DNA of 40,528 nt. Origin: Thermomonospora sp. (GTDB lineage: Bacteria; Actinomycetota; Actinomycetes; Streptosporangiales; Streptosporangiaceae). Below, piece after piece: positions 18,401-26,003 of the stretch (position 1 is its first letter; each line of letters opens with the position of its first letter). The notes under the pieces are model-generated. The model did no database searches, was not told the DNA's origin, and was given only the letters and a program-made list of their open reading frames with translations. The stretch is from assembly GCA_036258615.1 (NCBI GenBank), contig DATADI010000086.1, positions 1 to 40,528 on the forward strand. Direction: 5' to 3'. A program made the translations under genes and the position numbers.

Positions 18401-18610
18401 GCTCAGCGCGCCGTCCACCAGCGTGAACCAGACCTTGGAACGGTCGCTCATCGCCGTGCCGACGCCGTCCTTGCCGCCCTTCGTCCAGGTCGCGGCGGCT
18501 CCCGGAGCGCCCGGCGGATCCTCCGGCGGGACGGCCAGCGCCCGGGCGGCGGAGGCCGTCACGAGCGCCAGGGCGAGGGGCAGGGCGAGCGCGGAACGGG
18601 GTGGGCGCAT
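15491..18610 (-). CDS. Secreted GH15 glucodextranase (N + catalytic + Ig-like B + DOMON-like C domains)
   Basis: ATG 18610 follows CAGGAG; signal peptide present. SKVWFTL, HEDKTHKGAFIAS, YHFVWARD, QERWEE and PEQVW; C domain DPTGDDNGPGTYVYP...NPWGG. Confidence 0.92.
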   Translation of the reverse strand: MRPPRSALALPLALALVTASAARALAVPPEDPPGAPGAAATWTKGGKDGVGTAMSDRSKVWFTLVDGALSEVYYPSGDQPNVRTLDFAVTDGRSFTQRESEHTRRSVRLADERSLTYEQVTEDLAGRWRLRKTYVADPARSSVAVEVDFQVLKGGPLRLYVLYDPSMAGSAKGDTGRTIGGALVTEDGDVASALVGSTGFASTSSGYVGGASDGWADLKAEHTLTRTYAKAGPGNIVQVGQVPARGGRARVTLALGFGASAAEAVRTATGTAGRPFAATRAAYQSGWRRYLARLKKPPRELTGRLRTQYYASLMTVKAHEDKTHKGAFIASLTLPWGQAVDADGKNGGYHFVWARDLYHQVSGLLAAGDTASARAAVRWLFEHQQLPDGHFPQTSKVDGTPDQTNVQLDETAFPIILAHQVGAWHEGVKKAADHLVAHGPVTPQERWEETGGYSPSTIAAEIAALVCAADLARAHGEARSAAVYEAVADSWQRKVQDWTYTTTGNLSDGRYYVRINASGKPDDGATREYANGAGVHKENSVVDAGFLELTRLGVKPPHDPAVAHSLKAVDESIAVRTPAGLMWKRYTFDGYGETAEGAPWTGVGIGRPWPLLSGERGEYALANGQDALPYLRTMAESAGSGYMIPEQVWDRPEPTSYGHVFGKGTGSAAPLAWAMAQYVRLAQGIGAGRPVETPRVVAARYAAPKPAPALTVTSPGDLDTANGKSIEVEGTTAAAKVYIDVNGQVTEVTPAGGRYSATVKLPALRNTVTVAAVGADGGTNAVSRTVLAYGERLGGLTDPTGDDNGPGTYVYPAASAFNPGAFDLAAFDVYRDGDTLRLVTRIAGEIRNPWGGNGMSIQRLNVYVRTAEGSKTPASALPGTNLNTDGSWRLAVVADGRYPDAAYATGAYAPSGTKVAPAELTVVPAARQIVASLPVSALGGADPAGAGYAVAMFGNAEAGEGIGNVRPVYSLEHWNTGPWWVRDYRFGGGAGVTDDGPAKDSDTSDPNSIDVIVGPGQRQSDVLDYRTRPPAIPFLPLSR

Positions 18611-18669
18611 GCCGTCTCCTGGGGGGAGGAAGCCTGTGGCCCCGGTCACAGCGGGGCTCTCGGCCCGTA

Positions 18670-18747
18670 AGCCTCACCCGGTTTCTTGGAGATGTCAAGA
18701 AAGCAACAGAAGGTTTCTTGACGAAGGAAAGCTAGCCGTGTCACGAT
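18670..18747. promoter_or_regulatory. Divergent promoters with candidate ROK operators
   Basis: Palindrome TTTCTTG-N7-CAAGAAA (18682-18702) and TTTCTT-N5-AGGAAA (18714-18730). Minus strand: TTGACA (18698-18693), 17 bp, GAGGCT. Plus strand: TTGACG (18718-18723), 18 bp, CACGAT. Confidence 0.6.
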
Positions 18748-18787
18748 CCTGGGCACCCGCTCGGACCCCGACCGCAGGGAGGCCCCC

Positions 18788-20344
18788 TTGACCGCGTCCT
18801 GGTGGCGGAACGCCGTGATCTATCAGGTCTACCTGCGTTCCTTCGCCGACTCCGACGGCGACGGGATCGGTGATCTGGACGGCCTGCGCGCCCGGCTCGG
18901 CTACCTGAGCGACCTGGGCGTGGAGGGGCTCTGGCTCAACCCCTGCTACCCCTCGCCCGGCACCGACCACGGCTACGACGTCGCCGACTACACCGACATC
19001 GACGCCCGGTACGGCGGGCTGCCGGCCTTCGACCGGCTGCTGTCGGCGGCGGCCGAGCACGGGCTCAAGGTGATCATGGACCTGGTGCCCAACCACTGCT
19101 CGGTCGAGCACCCCTGGTTCCAGGCGGCGCTGGCGGGGGACCGCGCCGCCCGGGACCGGTTCGTGTTCCGGCCCGGCCGCGGTGACGGGCCGCCCAACAA
19201 CTGGCGCTCGATCTTCGGCGGCCCGGCCTGGACCCGCGTCGACGACGAGTGGTACCTGCACAGCTTCGACGCCGGCCAGCCCGACTTCGACTGGCGCAAC
19301 CCCGAGGTGGCCGACTACTTCGAGGACGTGCTGCGGTTCTGGTTCGACCGGGGCGTGCACGGCGTCCGCATCGACGTCGTGCACATGCTGTTCAAGGACC
19401 GCGACCTGCGCGACTGGCCGCACTACCCCGCCTACAACGCCTACGCCCAGAACCAGCCCGAGGTGCACGACGTCCTGCGGCGCTGGCGCAAGATCGCCGA
19501 CGGTTACGGCCGCGACCTGACCCTGGTCGGCGAGATCTGGGTGCCCGAGGTCGCCGACCTGGCGCGCTACCTGCGCCCGGACGAGCTGCCGCAGGCGTTC
19601 TACTTCGACCTGCTGTTCCAGCCGTGGAACGCCGCCGCGTTCCACGAGTCGATCACCCGCGGCCTGGCCGAGATCGCCGCCACCGGCGCCACCGTCACCT
19701 GGACGCTGGCCAACCACGACGTGCACCGCGCGGTGAGCCGGCTCGGGCTGACCAGGCGGACCGGCGGCCCCGACACCAGGCCGCGGGGCGAGGTGGACGT
19801 GGCCCTGGGCGTGCGGCGGGCACGCGCGGCGGCGCTGCTGCTGCTCGCGCTGCCCGGCTCGGTCTACCTCTACCAGGGCGAGGAACTCGGGCTGCCGGAG
19901 GTGCTCGACCTGCCCGACGAGGCCCGCCAGGACCCCACCTTCCTGCGGTCCGGCCCCGCCGACCACGGCCGTGACGGCTGCCGCGTGCCGCTGCCGTGGA
20001 CGCCCGACGAACCCTCGTTCGGGTTCTCGGCGGCGGGCCGGAGCTGGCTGCCGCAGCCGGACTGGTTCGCCGACTTCGCCGTCTCCGGCCAGATCGGCGT
20101 GCCCGGCTCCACCTGGGAGCTGCACCGCGAGGCCCTGCGGCTGAGGCGCCGCCTCACCGGACGGCTGGAATGGCTGCCGTCCTCACGCGAGGACGTGCTG
20201 GTCTTCCAGCGCGGCGACCTGGTGTGCGTCACGGTGTTCGGCGCCGAGCCCTACCTCGTCCCGTGGACCCGGCCGCTGATCTCCTCCGCCCCCGCAGCCG
20301 CCGGTCAGGTCGCGGGCGAATCCACCACCTGGTTCCAGGTCTGA
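18788..20344 (+). CDS. Cytoplasmic GH13 alpha-glucosidase / oligo-1,6-glucosidase
   Basis: TTG start after GGGAGG; WWRNAVIYQVY, DGDGIGDL, DLVPNH, QPDFDW, GVRIDV (nucleophile), GEIW, NHD, YQGEELG and RDGCRVP. Confidence 0.93.
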   Translation: MTASWWRNAVIYQVYLRSFADSDGDGIGDLDGLRARLGYLSDLGVEGLWLNPCYPSPGTDHGYDVADYTDIDARYGGLPAFDRLLSAAAEHGLKVIMDLVPNHCSVEHPWFQAALAGDRAARDRFVFRPGRGDGPPNNWRSIFGGPAWTRVDDEWYLHSFDAGQPDFDWRNPEVADYFEDVLRFWFDRGVHGVRIDVVHMLFKDRDLRDWPHYPAYNAYAQNQPEVHDVLRRWRKIADGYGRDLTLVGEIWVPEVADLARYLRPDELPQAFYFDLLFQPWNAAAFHESITRGLAEIAATGATVTWTLANHDVHRAVSRLGLTRRTGGPDTRPRGEVDVALGVRRARAAALLLLALPGSVYLYQGEELGLPEVLDLPDEARQDPTFLRSGPADHGRDGCRVPLPWTPDEPSFGFSAAGRSWLPQPDWFADFAVSGQIGVPGSTWELHREALRLRRRLTGRLEWLPSSREDVLVFQRGDLVCVTVFGAEPYLVPWTRPLISSAPAAAGQVAGESTTWFQV

Positions 20345-20367
20345 CCACCCCACCGAGGAGAACCCCC

Positions 20368-21651
20368 GTGAAGAAGCTGAGAGTCGCGGCGGCGCTGGCC
20401 GCCGCCGCGCTGGCCGCCACCGCCTGCGGCGGCGGCTCCGGCGACGGCGCCGAGACCCTGACCATCTGGCACTACGAGGACCCCGAGGGCGGCATCGGCA
20501 GGGCCTGGACCGAGGCGATCAACGAGTTCCGCAGGACCCACCCCGACGTCACCGTCAGGTTCGAGGAGAAGAGTTTCGAACAGATGCAGAAGACGGCGCC
20601 GATGGTCCTCAACTCCGACGGCGCGCCCGACGTGATGGAGTACAACAAGGGCAACGCCACCACCGGCCTCCTCGCCAAGCAGGGACTGCTCACCGACCTG
20701 ACCGGTGAGGTCACCAGGCGGGGCTGGGACAAGCTGCTCGCGCCCTCGCTGCAGACCACCGCCAGGTACGACGCCAAGGGCGTCATGGGCGGCGACAAGT
20801 GGTACGGCGTCCCCAACTACGCCGAGTACGTGATGGTCTACTACAACAAGGACCTGTTCGAGAAGCACGGCGTCAAGGTCCCCACCACGCTGGAGGAGTT
20901 CACCGCCGGGCTCGACACGTTCACCAAGGCGGGCGTCACCCCGATCGCGATGGCGGGCAACGAGTACCCGGCGCAGCACCTGTTCTACGAGTTCGTCCTC
21001 AACCGTGCCCAGCGGCCGTGGGTGGACAACTACCACCGCTACACCGGCAAGGTCGACTTCAACGGCCCCGAACTCGGCGGCGCCGCCCGGACCTTCGCCG
21101 ACTGGGTCGCCAAGGGCTACCTCGCCAAGGACTCCGCGGGCATCAAGGCCGAGGCCATGGGTACCGCGTGGATGGCGGGCAAGTACCCCATCGTCATCTC
21201 CGGCACCTGGTGGTACGAGCGGTTCACCTCCGAGGTCAAGAACTTCGAGTGGGGCACCTTCCTGTTCCCCGGCAACCGCCTGCACCCCGGATCGGCCGGC
21301 AACCACTGGGTCGTCCCCACCCGGTCCGACAACAAGGACCTGGCGCAGGAGTTCATCGCCCTCACGATGAGCAAGCGGATCCAGAACCGCATCGCCAACG
21401 AGGGCGCCGTCGCCGTGGCCGCCGACCCGAACGCCGTCACCAACCCCAAGTACAAGGAGCTGGCGAACACCTACCAGCGCCTCGTCGCCCAGGACGGGCT
21501 GGCGTTCTACCCCGACTGGCCGGTGCCCGGCTACTACGACACCCTCCTGGCGGGCACGCAGACGCTGCTCAACCGCAGCAAGTCGCCCCAGCAGTTCCTC
21601 GGCGACATCAGCAAGCCCTACCAGGACAACCTCGCCGACCTCGGCAACTGA
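20368..21651 (+). CDS. Carbohydrate ABC transporter substrate-binding lipoprotein
   Basis: GAGGAG RBS, GTG start, lipobox LAATAC, and family-1 SBP motifs (PDV, YYNKDLFEK.G..PTT.EE). Confidence 0.92.
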   Translation: MKKLRVAAALAAAALAATACGGGSGDGAETLTIWHYEDPEGGIGRAWTEAINEFRRTHPDVTVRFEEKSFEQMQKTAPMVLNSDGAPDVMEYNKGNATTGLLAKQGLLTDLTGEVTRRGWDKLLAPSLQTTARYDAKGVMGGDKWYGVPNYAEYVMVYYNKDLFEKHGVKVPTTLEEFTAGLDTFTKAGVTPIAMAGNEYPAQHLFYEFVLNRAQRPWVDNYHRYTGKVDFNGPELGGAARTFADWVAKGYLAKDSAGIKAEAMGTAWMAGKYPIVISGTWWYERFTSEVKNFEWGTFLFPGNRLHPGSAGNHWVVPTRSDNKDLAQEFIALTMSKRIQNRIANEGAVAVAADPNAVTNPKYKELANTYQRLVAQDGLAFYPDWPVPGYYDTLLAGTQTLLNRSKSPQQFLGDISKPYQDNLADLGN

Positions 21652-21674
21652 CCGGTCCCGACCTTCCTCGCTCG

Positions 21675-21709
21675 ACGGCCCGCGCCGACCGCGCCCCGGC
21701 GCGGGCCGT
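21675..21709 (+). terminator. Stem-loop after the substrate-binding protein gene (stabiliser or partial terminator)
   Basis: Perfect 13-bp stem ACGGCCCGCGCCG / CGGCGCGGGCCGT with a 9-nt loop. Confidence 0.6.
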
Positions 21710-21728
21710 TCCTCCCGAGAGGCTCACC

Positions 21729-22661
21729 ATGGCGGTTCTCACCCGGGCCCGGCCCGCCGCGCAGCACCGCACGGCGTCACGGCCCCACCGCGCCCGCGGC
21801 TACTGGCTCTTCCTGCTCCCCGGCCTGGTGCTGTTCACCGTGGTCGTGATCGTCCCGTTCCTCATGAACGTGGGCTACAGCTTCACCCGCTGGCCCGGCG
21901 TCGGCGATCCCGAGTGGATCGGCCTGGAGAACTACCGGCGGCTGCTGAAGGACGAGGTCTTCTGGTCCTCGTTCCGGCACAACGCCGCGCTGGTCATCGC
22001 CATGGCGGTCATCCCGGCGATCCTCGGGCTGGTGCTGTCCGCGCTGATGTTCGACCTCGTCGCCAGGCACTTCGGCGGCCGGACCGTCACCGTGCTGCGC
22101 GCCGCCTACTACCTGCCCCAGCTGCTGCCGATCGCGGTCGCCGGGGTGGTGTGGGGCTGGATGCTGCACCCCCAGTTCGGCGCCCTCAACTCCGTGCTGG
22201 ACGCCGTTGGTCTCGGGTCCCTCGGCCAGGACTGGCTCGGCGACCCGGACTTCGCCCTGGCCACCGTCATGGCCGTCATGGTCTGGTTCCAGCTCGGCTA
22301 CCCCATCGTGATCTTCATGGCGGGGCTGGAACGCGTCGATCCGGCCCTGCACGAGGCCGCCGCCATCGACGGCGCCACCTGGCTCCAGCGGTTCCGGCAC
22401 ATCACGATCCCGCAGCTGCGGCCGGAGATCTTCGTGGTGCTGCTGACCTGCACCATCGCCGCGCTCAAGGTGTTCGGCCCGATCTACGTCCTCACCCGGG
22501 GCGGGCCCGGCAACGCCACCACCGTGCCGTCGTACTTCTCGTTCCAGAACTTCTTCGAAAAGGCCAGCGTCGGGTACGGCTCGGCCGTCGCCACCACGCT
22601 CGCGGTCATCATCCTCGTCATCGCGGCGCTGTTCCTGCGGATCCAGGACCGGAGCTCATGA
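21729..22661 (+). CDS. Carbohydrate ABC transporter permease (MalF-type)
   Basis: WIGLENY, EAA motif (EAAAIDGATWLQRFRHITIP), GGPG and multiple TM helices. Confidence 0.92.
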   Translation: MAVLTRARPAAQHRTASRPHRARGYWLFLLPGLVLFTVVVIVPFLMNVGYSFTRWPGVGDPEWIGLENYRRLLKDEVFWSSFRHNAALVIAMAVIPAILGLVLSALMFDLVARHFGGRTVTVLRAAYYLPQLLPIAVAGVVWGWMLHPQFGALNSVLDAVGLGSLGQDWLGDPDFALATVMAVMVWFQLGYPIVIFMAGLERVDPALHEAAAIDGATWLQRFRHITIPQLRPEIFVVLLTCTIAALKVFGPIYVLTRGGPGNATTVPSYFSFQNFFEKASVGYGSAVATTLAVIILVIAALFLRIQDRSS

Positions 22662-23485
22662 ACACCAGAATCCTCCCCCGCCACGCGGTCCTGGTCGCGC
22701 TGGCCACCCTCGCCCTGGTCATGCTGCTGCCGTTCGCCCTGGTGCTGCTGAACGCCTTCAAGACCCCGGCCGAGTACTCCACCAACGGCCCCCTCGCCCT
22801 TCCCGAGGGCATCTCCCTGGACGGCCTGCGGGCCTTCTGGGACCGGGTCGACTTCGGCGGCAAGCTCCTCAACAGCCTCCTCATCAGCACCGCCGTCGCC
22901 GTCCTGGCCGTCGTGGTCTCGGTGTGCAACGCCTACGCCCTCGGCATCGGCCGCGTCCGGGGCCGCACCTGGATCCTGGCGTTCTTCCTCATCGCCAACA
23001 CCCTCCCGCAGGAGGCGATGATCTACCCCTGGTACACCATGGCCAAGGAGGCCGGCCTCTACGACAGCCGCCTGGGCGTCATCATCATCTGCGCCGTCCT
23101 GCAGTGCGCCTTCGGCACCTACCTGATGTCCTCGGTGCTGGGCCAGTTCCCGCGCGAGATCATCGAGGCCGCCCACCTCGACGGCGCGGGCCGCTGGCGC
23201 ACCCTCACCCGGGTCATCCTGCCGATGAGCCGCTCCACCCTGACGGTCATGTTCGTCTTCTTCTTCATCTGGACCTGGAACGAGTTCCTGATCCCGCTGA
23301 TCCTCCTCATCTCCGAGGACAACCAGACCGTCCCCGTCGCCCTCGGCCGGCTCCAGGGCGAACGCATGATGGACGCCACCATGTCCAGCGCCTCCGCCCT
23401 CCTCGGCATCCTGCCCGCCCTGGTCTTCTTCGTCCTCTTCCAGCGCACCCTCACCCGCGGCGTCACCGTCGGCGCCATCAAGTAG
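22658..23485 (+). CDS. Carbohydrate ABC transporter permease (MalG-type)
   Basis: ATGA overlap; EAAHLDGA, WNEF and FQRTLTRGVTVGAIK. Confidence 0.92.
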   Translation: MNTRILPRHAVLVALATLALVMLLPFALVLLNAFKTPAEYSTNGPLALPEGISLDGLRAFWDRVDFGGKLLNSLLISTAVAVLAVVVSVCNAYALGIGRVRGRTWILAFFLIANTLPQEAMIYPWYTMAKEAGLYDSRLGVIIICAVLQCAFGTYLMSSVLGQFPREIIEAAHLDGAGRWRTLTRVILPMSRSTLTVMFVFFFIWTWNEFLIPLILLISEDNQTVPVALGRLQGERMMDATMSSASALLGILPALVFFVLFQRTLTRGVTVGAIK

Positions 23486-23517
23486 CCCGCAACGGCACCC
23501 GACGCTCTGGGGGGTGG

Positions 23518-23856
23518 TCAGTGGGCCAGTCCGGCCAGGTGGAGGAGCAGGGACTTGACCTCGGTGGCCTCGTAGGAGTCGCGGGTCAGGGGCTCGGAGG
23601 ACAGCAGGACGGGGGCGTCGTCGGTGTCCATGAACAGCTCGGCGGGGTCGTAGCCGGGCTTGCGGTGGATGTCGATGGTGCGGGCGAAGTCCGGGGCGCG
23701 CTCGTCGTCCAGCCAGTGGTAGTACGTGAACCAGGCGTTGGGGGCGGTCACACGGCCGGTCGGCGCGCACCGGCCGTCGGCCAGGGCGGACGCCCCGACC
23801 ATGACCGTCGTGGCCACCGAGCCGCGCGCCCCCACGAGCCAGACTCCAGTCCGCAC
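23518..23856 (-). pseudogene. Chimeric remnant: inositol-3-phosphate synthase N-terminus fused to EboF-like (nucleotide pyrophosphatase/alkaline phosphatase family) fragments
   Basis: aa 1-37 ([16 protein letters not shown]) match the actinomycete MIPS start. aa 38-77 ([35 protein letters not shown]) and aa 78-112 match EboF C-terminal segments. RBS GAGGAGGG is intact. Confidence 0.8.
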
Positions 23857-23940
23857 GTCGCCCTCCTCAGGGTCCGCCTGATCAGGAAGGCAAGTGTGCG
23901 CGGGGTCACAGCGGCCTGATCATGAACGGGCGGACGCATG

Positions 23941-25137
23941 TCATGGCGGGACAATCCGCCGGGCGCGCAGCGCGGCCTCCAACTCCCAGCGCCGTCCCGG
24001 GTCGTGGAGCCGGTCCCCGAAGAGGGGTTCGAGCTGCTTCATGCGGTAGCGGATGGTCTGCGGGTGCACGTGGAGGATCTCCGCCGCCATGTTGGCGTTG
24101 CCCGCGCACTGCAGCCAGACCAGCAGGGTCTCGGCCAGCCGCTCGACCTGCATCGGATCGTCCAGCCGCATCAGGGGCGCCAGGTGCGTCTCGGCCATGA
24201 ACCGGGCCAGCTCCGGGTCGCTGAAGACCAGCAGCGTGCCCAGATGGTCGTTGTAGCGGAGGACCCCGGTGTCCTCGATGACGCCGTCCTGTGCGAGGGC
24301 CAGCAGGTCGCGGGCTCGTCGCAGGGAGATCGAGGCGTCCGCCAGCGGCACGGTGGGGCCCATCGCGGCGCGGCGGCCCCGCAGGGACCGGTCCAGCAGC
24401 CGGGCCTGGCCGCCGCTGTCCGGGTCGGGCAGCAGCAGGATCGGCTCGGGTCCGTCCTGGTCCACGAGGATGTCGGGCGGCAGGATCAGCGGAGGGTCCG
24501 GGCCGTCCGGCTCGACGCCCTCCACGAGGACGGCCGCGACGTTCGCCGGGAGCCGCCACTTCAGCGCCCTGGCGGCCTCGGCGACGGCCGGGAGCACCGG
24601 ACGGTCGGCCAGGATCAGGGTGAGGAGCCGCTGCCTGCGCCGGGCCAGTTCCTCCCCGGCCCGCGCCCGCGCCTCGGCGTACCCCTCGGCGGCCACCTTG
24701 ACCAGCAGGTCGAGGTTCGCCATCGCGACGTCGCCGACCCGCACCAGCACGTCCGGGTCGACGTCGGAGCGCGTCAGCGCCACCATCAGCCGGCGCAGCA
24801 GGATCCGCACGCCCAGCCGCATGGCGCTCTGCAGCTCCTCCAGCTCCCGGCCCTCGACCGCCTCGCCGTGGCCGAGCCGGTGGAACACGCTCGCGACGTG
24901 CCGCCACCTGCCGTGCACGCCGTGCGGCGGCTCGCACCACAGGTCCACGGTCGCCTCGACGGCGTTGCGGATCGTTCCGGCGTAGGCGGGCCGGGAGTAC
25001 TCCGGGATCTCCTGCTGGATCTGGACGATCGTCTCGGCGACGATGCCCGGCCGCTGCTCGCGCAGTGTCCGGGCGCACTCGGCCGGCAGCACCGACCACT
25101 TCTCAGGGGGATGCATAGACTGCGACGAGGGATTCAC
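23941..25137 (-). CDS. PucR/CdaR family transcriptional regulator
   Basis: C-terminal HTH LAETLLVWL...AAEILHVHPQTIRYRMKQLE.LFG; N-terminal IQQEIPEY. Start uncertain (25137 or 25116). Confidence 0.88.
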   Translation of the reverse strand: MNPSSQSMHPPEKWSVLPAECARTLREQRPGIVAETIVQIQQEIPEYSRPAYAGTIRNAVEATVDLWCEPPHGVHGRWRHVASVFHRLGHGEAVEGRELEELQSAMRLGVRILLRRLMVALTRSDVDPDVLVRVGDVAMANLDLLVKVAAEGYAEARARAGEELARRRQRLLTLILADRPVLPAVAEAARALKWRLPANVAAVLVEGVEPDGPDPPLILPPDILVDQDGPEPILLLPDPDSGGQARLLDRSLRGRRAAMGPTVPLADASISLRRARDLLALAQDGVIEDTGVLRYNDHLGTLLVFSDPELARFMAETHLAPLMRLDDPMQVERLAETLLVWLQCAGNANMAAEILHVHPQTIRYRMKQLEPLFGDRLHDPGRRWELEAALRARRIVPP

Positions 25138-25199
25138 CGCCTTCGGCCTGTGGGGTGTACAAGCACTCGGCAGCTTCTGAAGCTAGCCCGTGGTGCACC

Positions 25200-25222
25200 A
25201 TCTGACAATGCCGTATTCAGAT
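25200..25222. promoter_or_regulatory. Inverted repeat, candidate TetR operator
   Basis: ATCTGA-N11-TCAGAT between the divergent pucR and tetR genes. Confidence 0.5.
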
Positions 25223-25238
25223 TCGGGTGGGATCGATC

Positions 25239-25868
25239 GTGAGCACCGTGGAGGGCCGCCGGTACGGGCGGCGCACGGCCGCCGAACGCGGCCGTGACCG
25301 CAAGGAACGCCTGCTCGCGGCCGGGCTGGAACTGTTCGGCACCGACGGTTACGCCGCCACCCCCGTCACCCGGCTGTGCGCCCTGGCCGGGCTGTCCACC
25401 CGCCAGCTGTACGAGGAGTTCGGCAGCCGCGAGGCGCTGCTGGTCGCGCTGTACGACCAGGTCAACGCGCTGGCCGAGGAGGCGGTGCAGACCACGCTGG
25501 CCCGGTGCGCCGACCGGCCCTGGCCCGAGCTGGTACACGAGGTGCTGCGCGCCTACCTGGCCACGACGACCACCGACCCGCGGTGGGCGCGGATCGCCTA
25601 CGTCGAGGTGGTGGGCGTCAGCGCCGAACTGGAGGAGCACCGCAGGCGACGGCGGCGGCTGTGGGCGGCCTGGCTGGCCCGGCAGGCGGAGGAGGCCGCC
25701 GACCGCGGTGAGATCCCGCGCCAGGACTTCTTCCGCTTCATGATCGCCTTCGTCGGCGCGGTGAACGGCCTCGCCCACGAATCGTGCAGCGAGGACGCTC
25801 CGGCGTCGCCCGACACCATGGCCGACACCCTGATGCGCCTGTTCCTCGGCGGCTTGCAGATGCGTTAG
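25239..25868 (+). CDS. TetR/AcrR family transcriptional regulator
   Basis: RLLAAGLELFGTDGYAATPVTRLCALAGLSTRQLYEEF HTH. Start uncertain (25227-25248). Confidence 0.88.
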   Translation: MSTVEGRRYGRRTAAERGRDRKERLLAAGLELFGTDGYAATPVTRLCALAGLSTRQLYEEFGSREALLVALYDQVNALAEEAVQTTLARCADRPWPELVHEVLRAYLATTTTDPRWARIAYVEVVGVSAELEEHRRRRRRLWAAWLARQAEEAADRGEIPRQDFFRFMIAFVGAVNGLAHESCSEDAPASPDTMADTLMRLFLGGLQMR

Positions 25869-26003
25869 CACGGTAGCGCGCGGCCGGTCAATCGCCCGCC
25901 GCCAAGAAATGCCGCGATCCGTCTTTCGCCGTTGTGGTTAGGTGCGGACTTCGTCCTTTCCTAGCGTTCGGGTATTCCACTCCAGCAGAGAGGGCTGAAC
26001 GCC

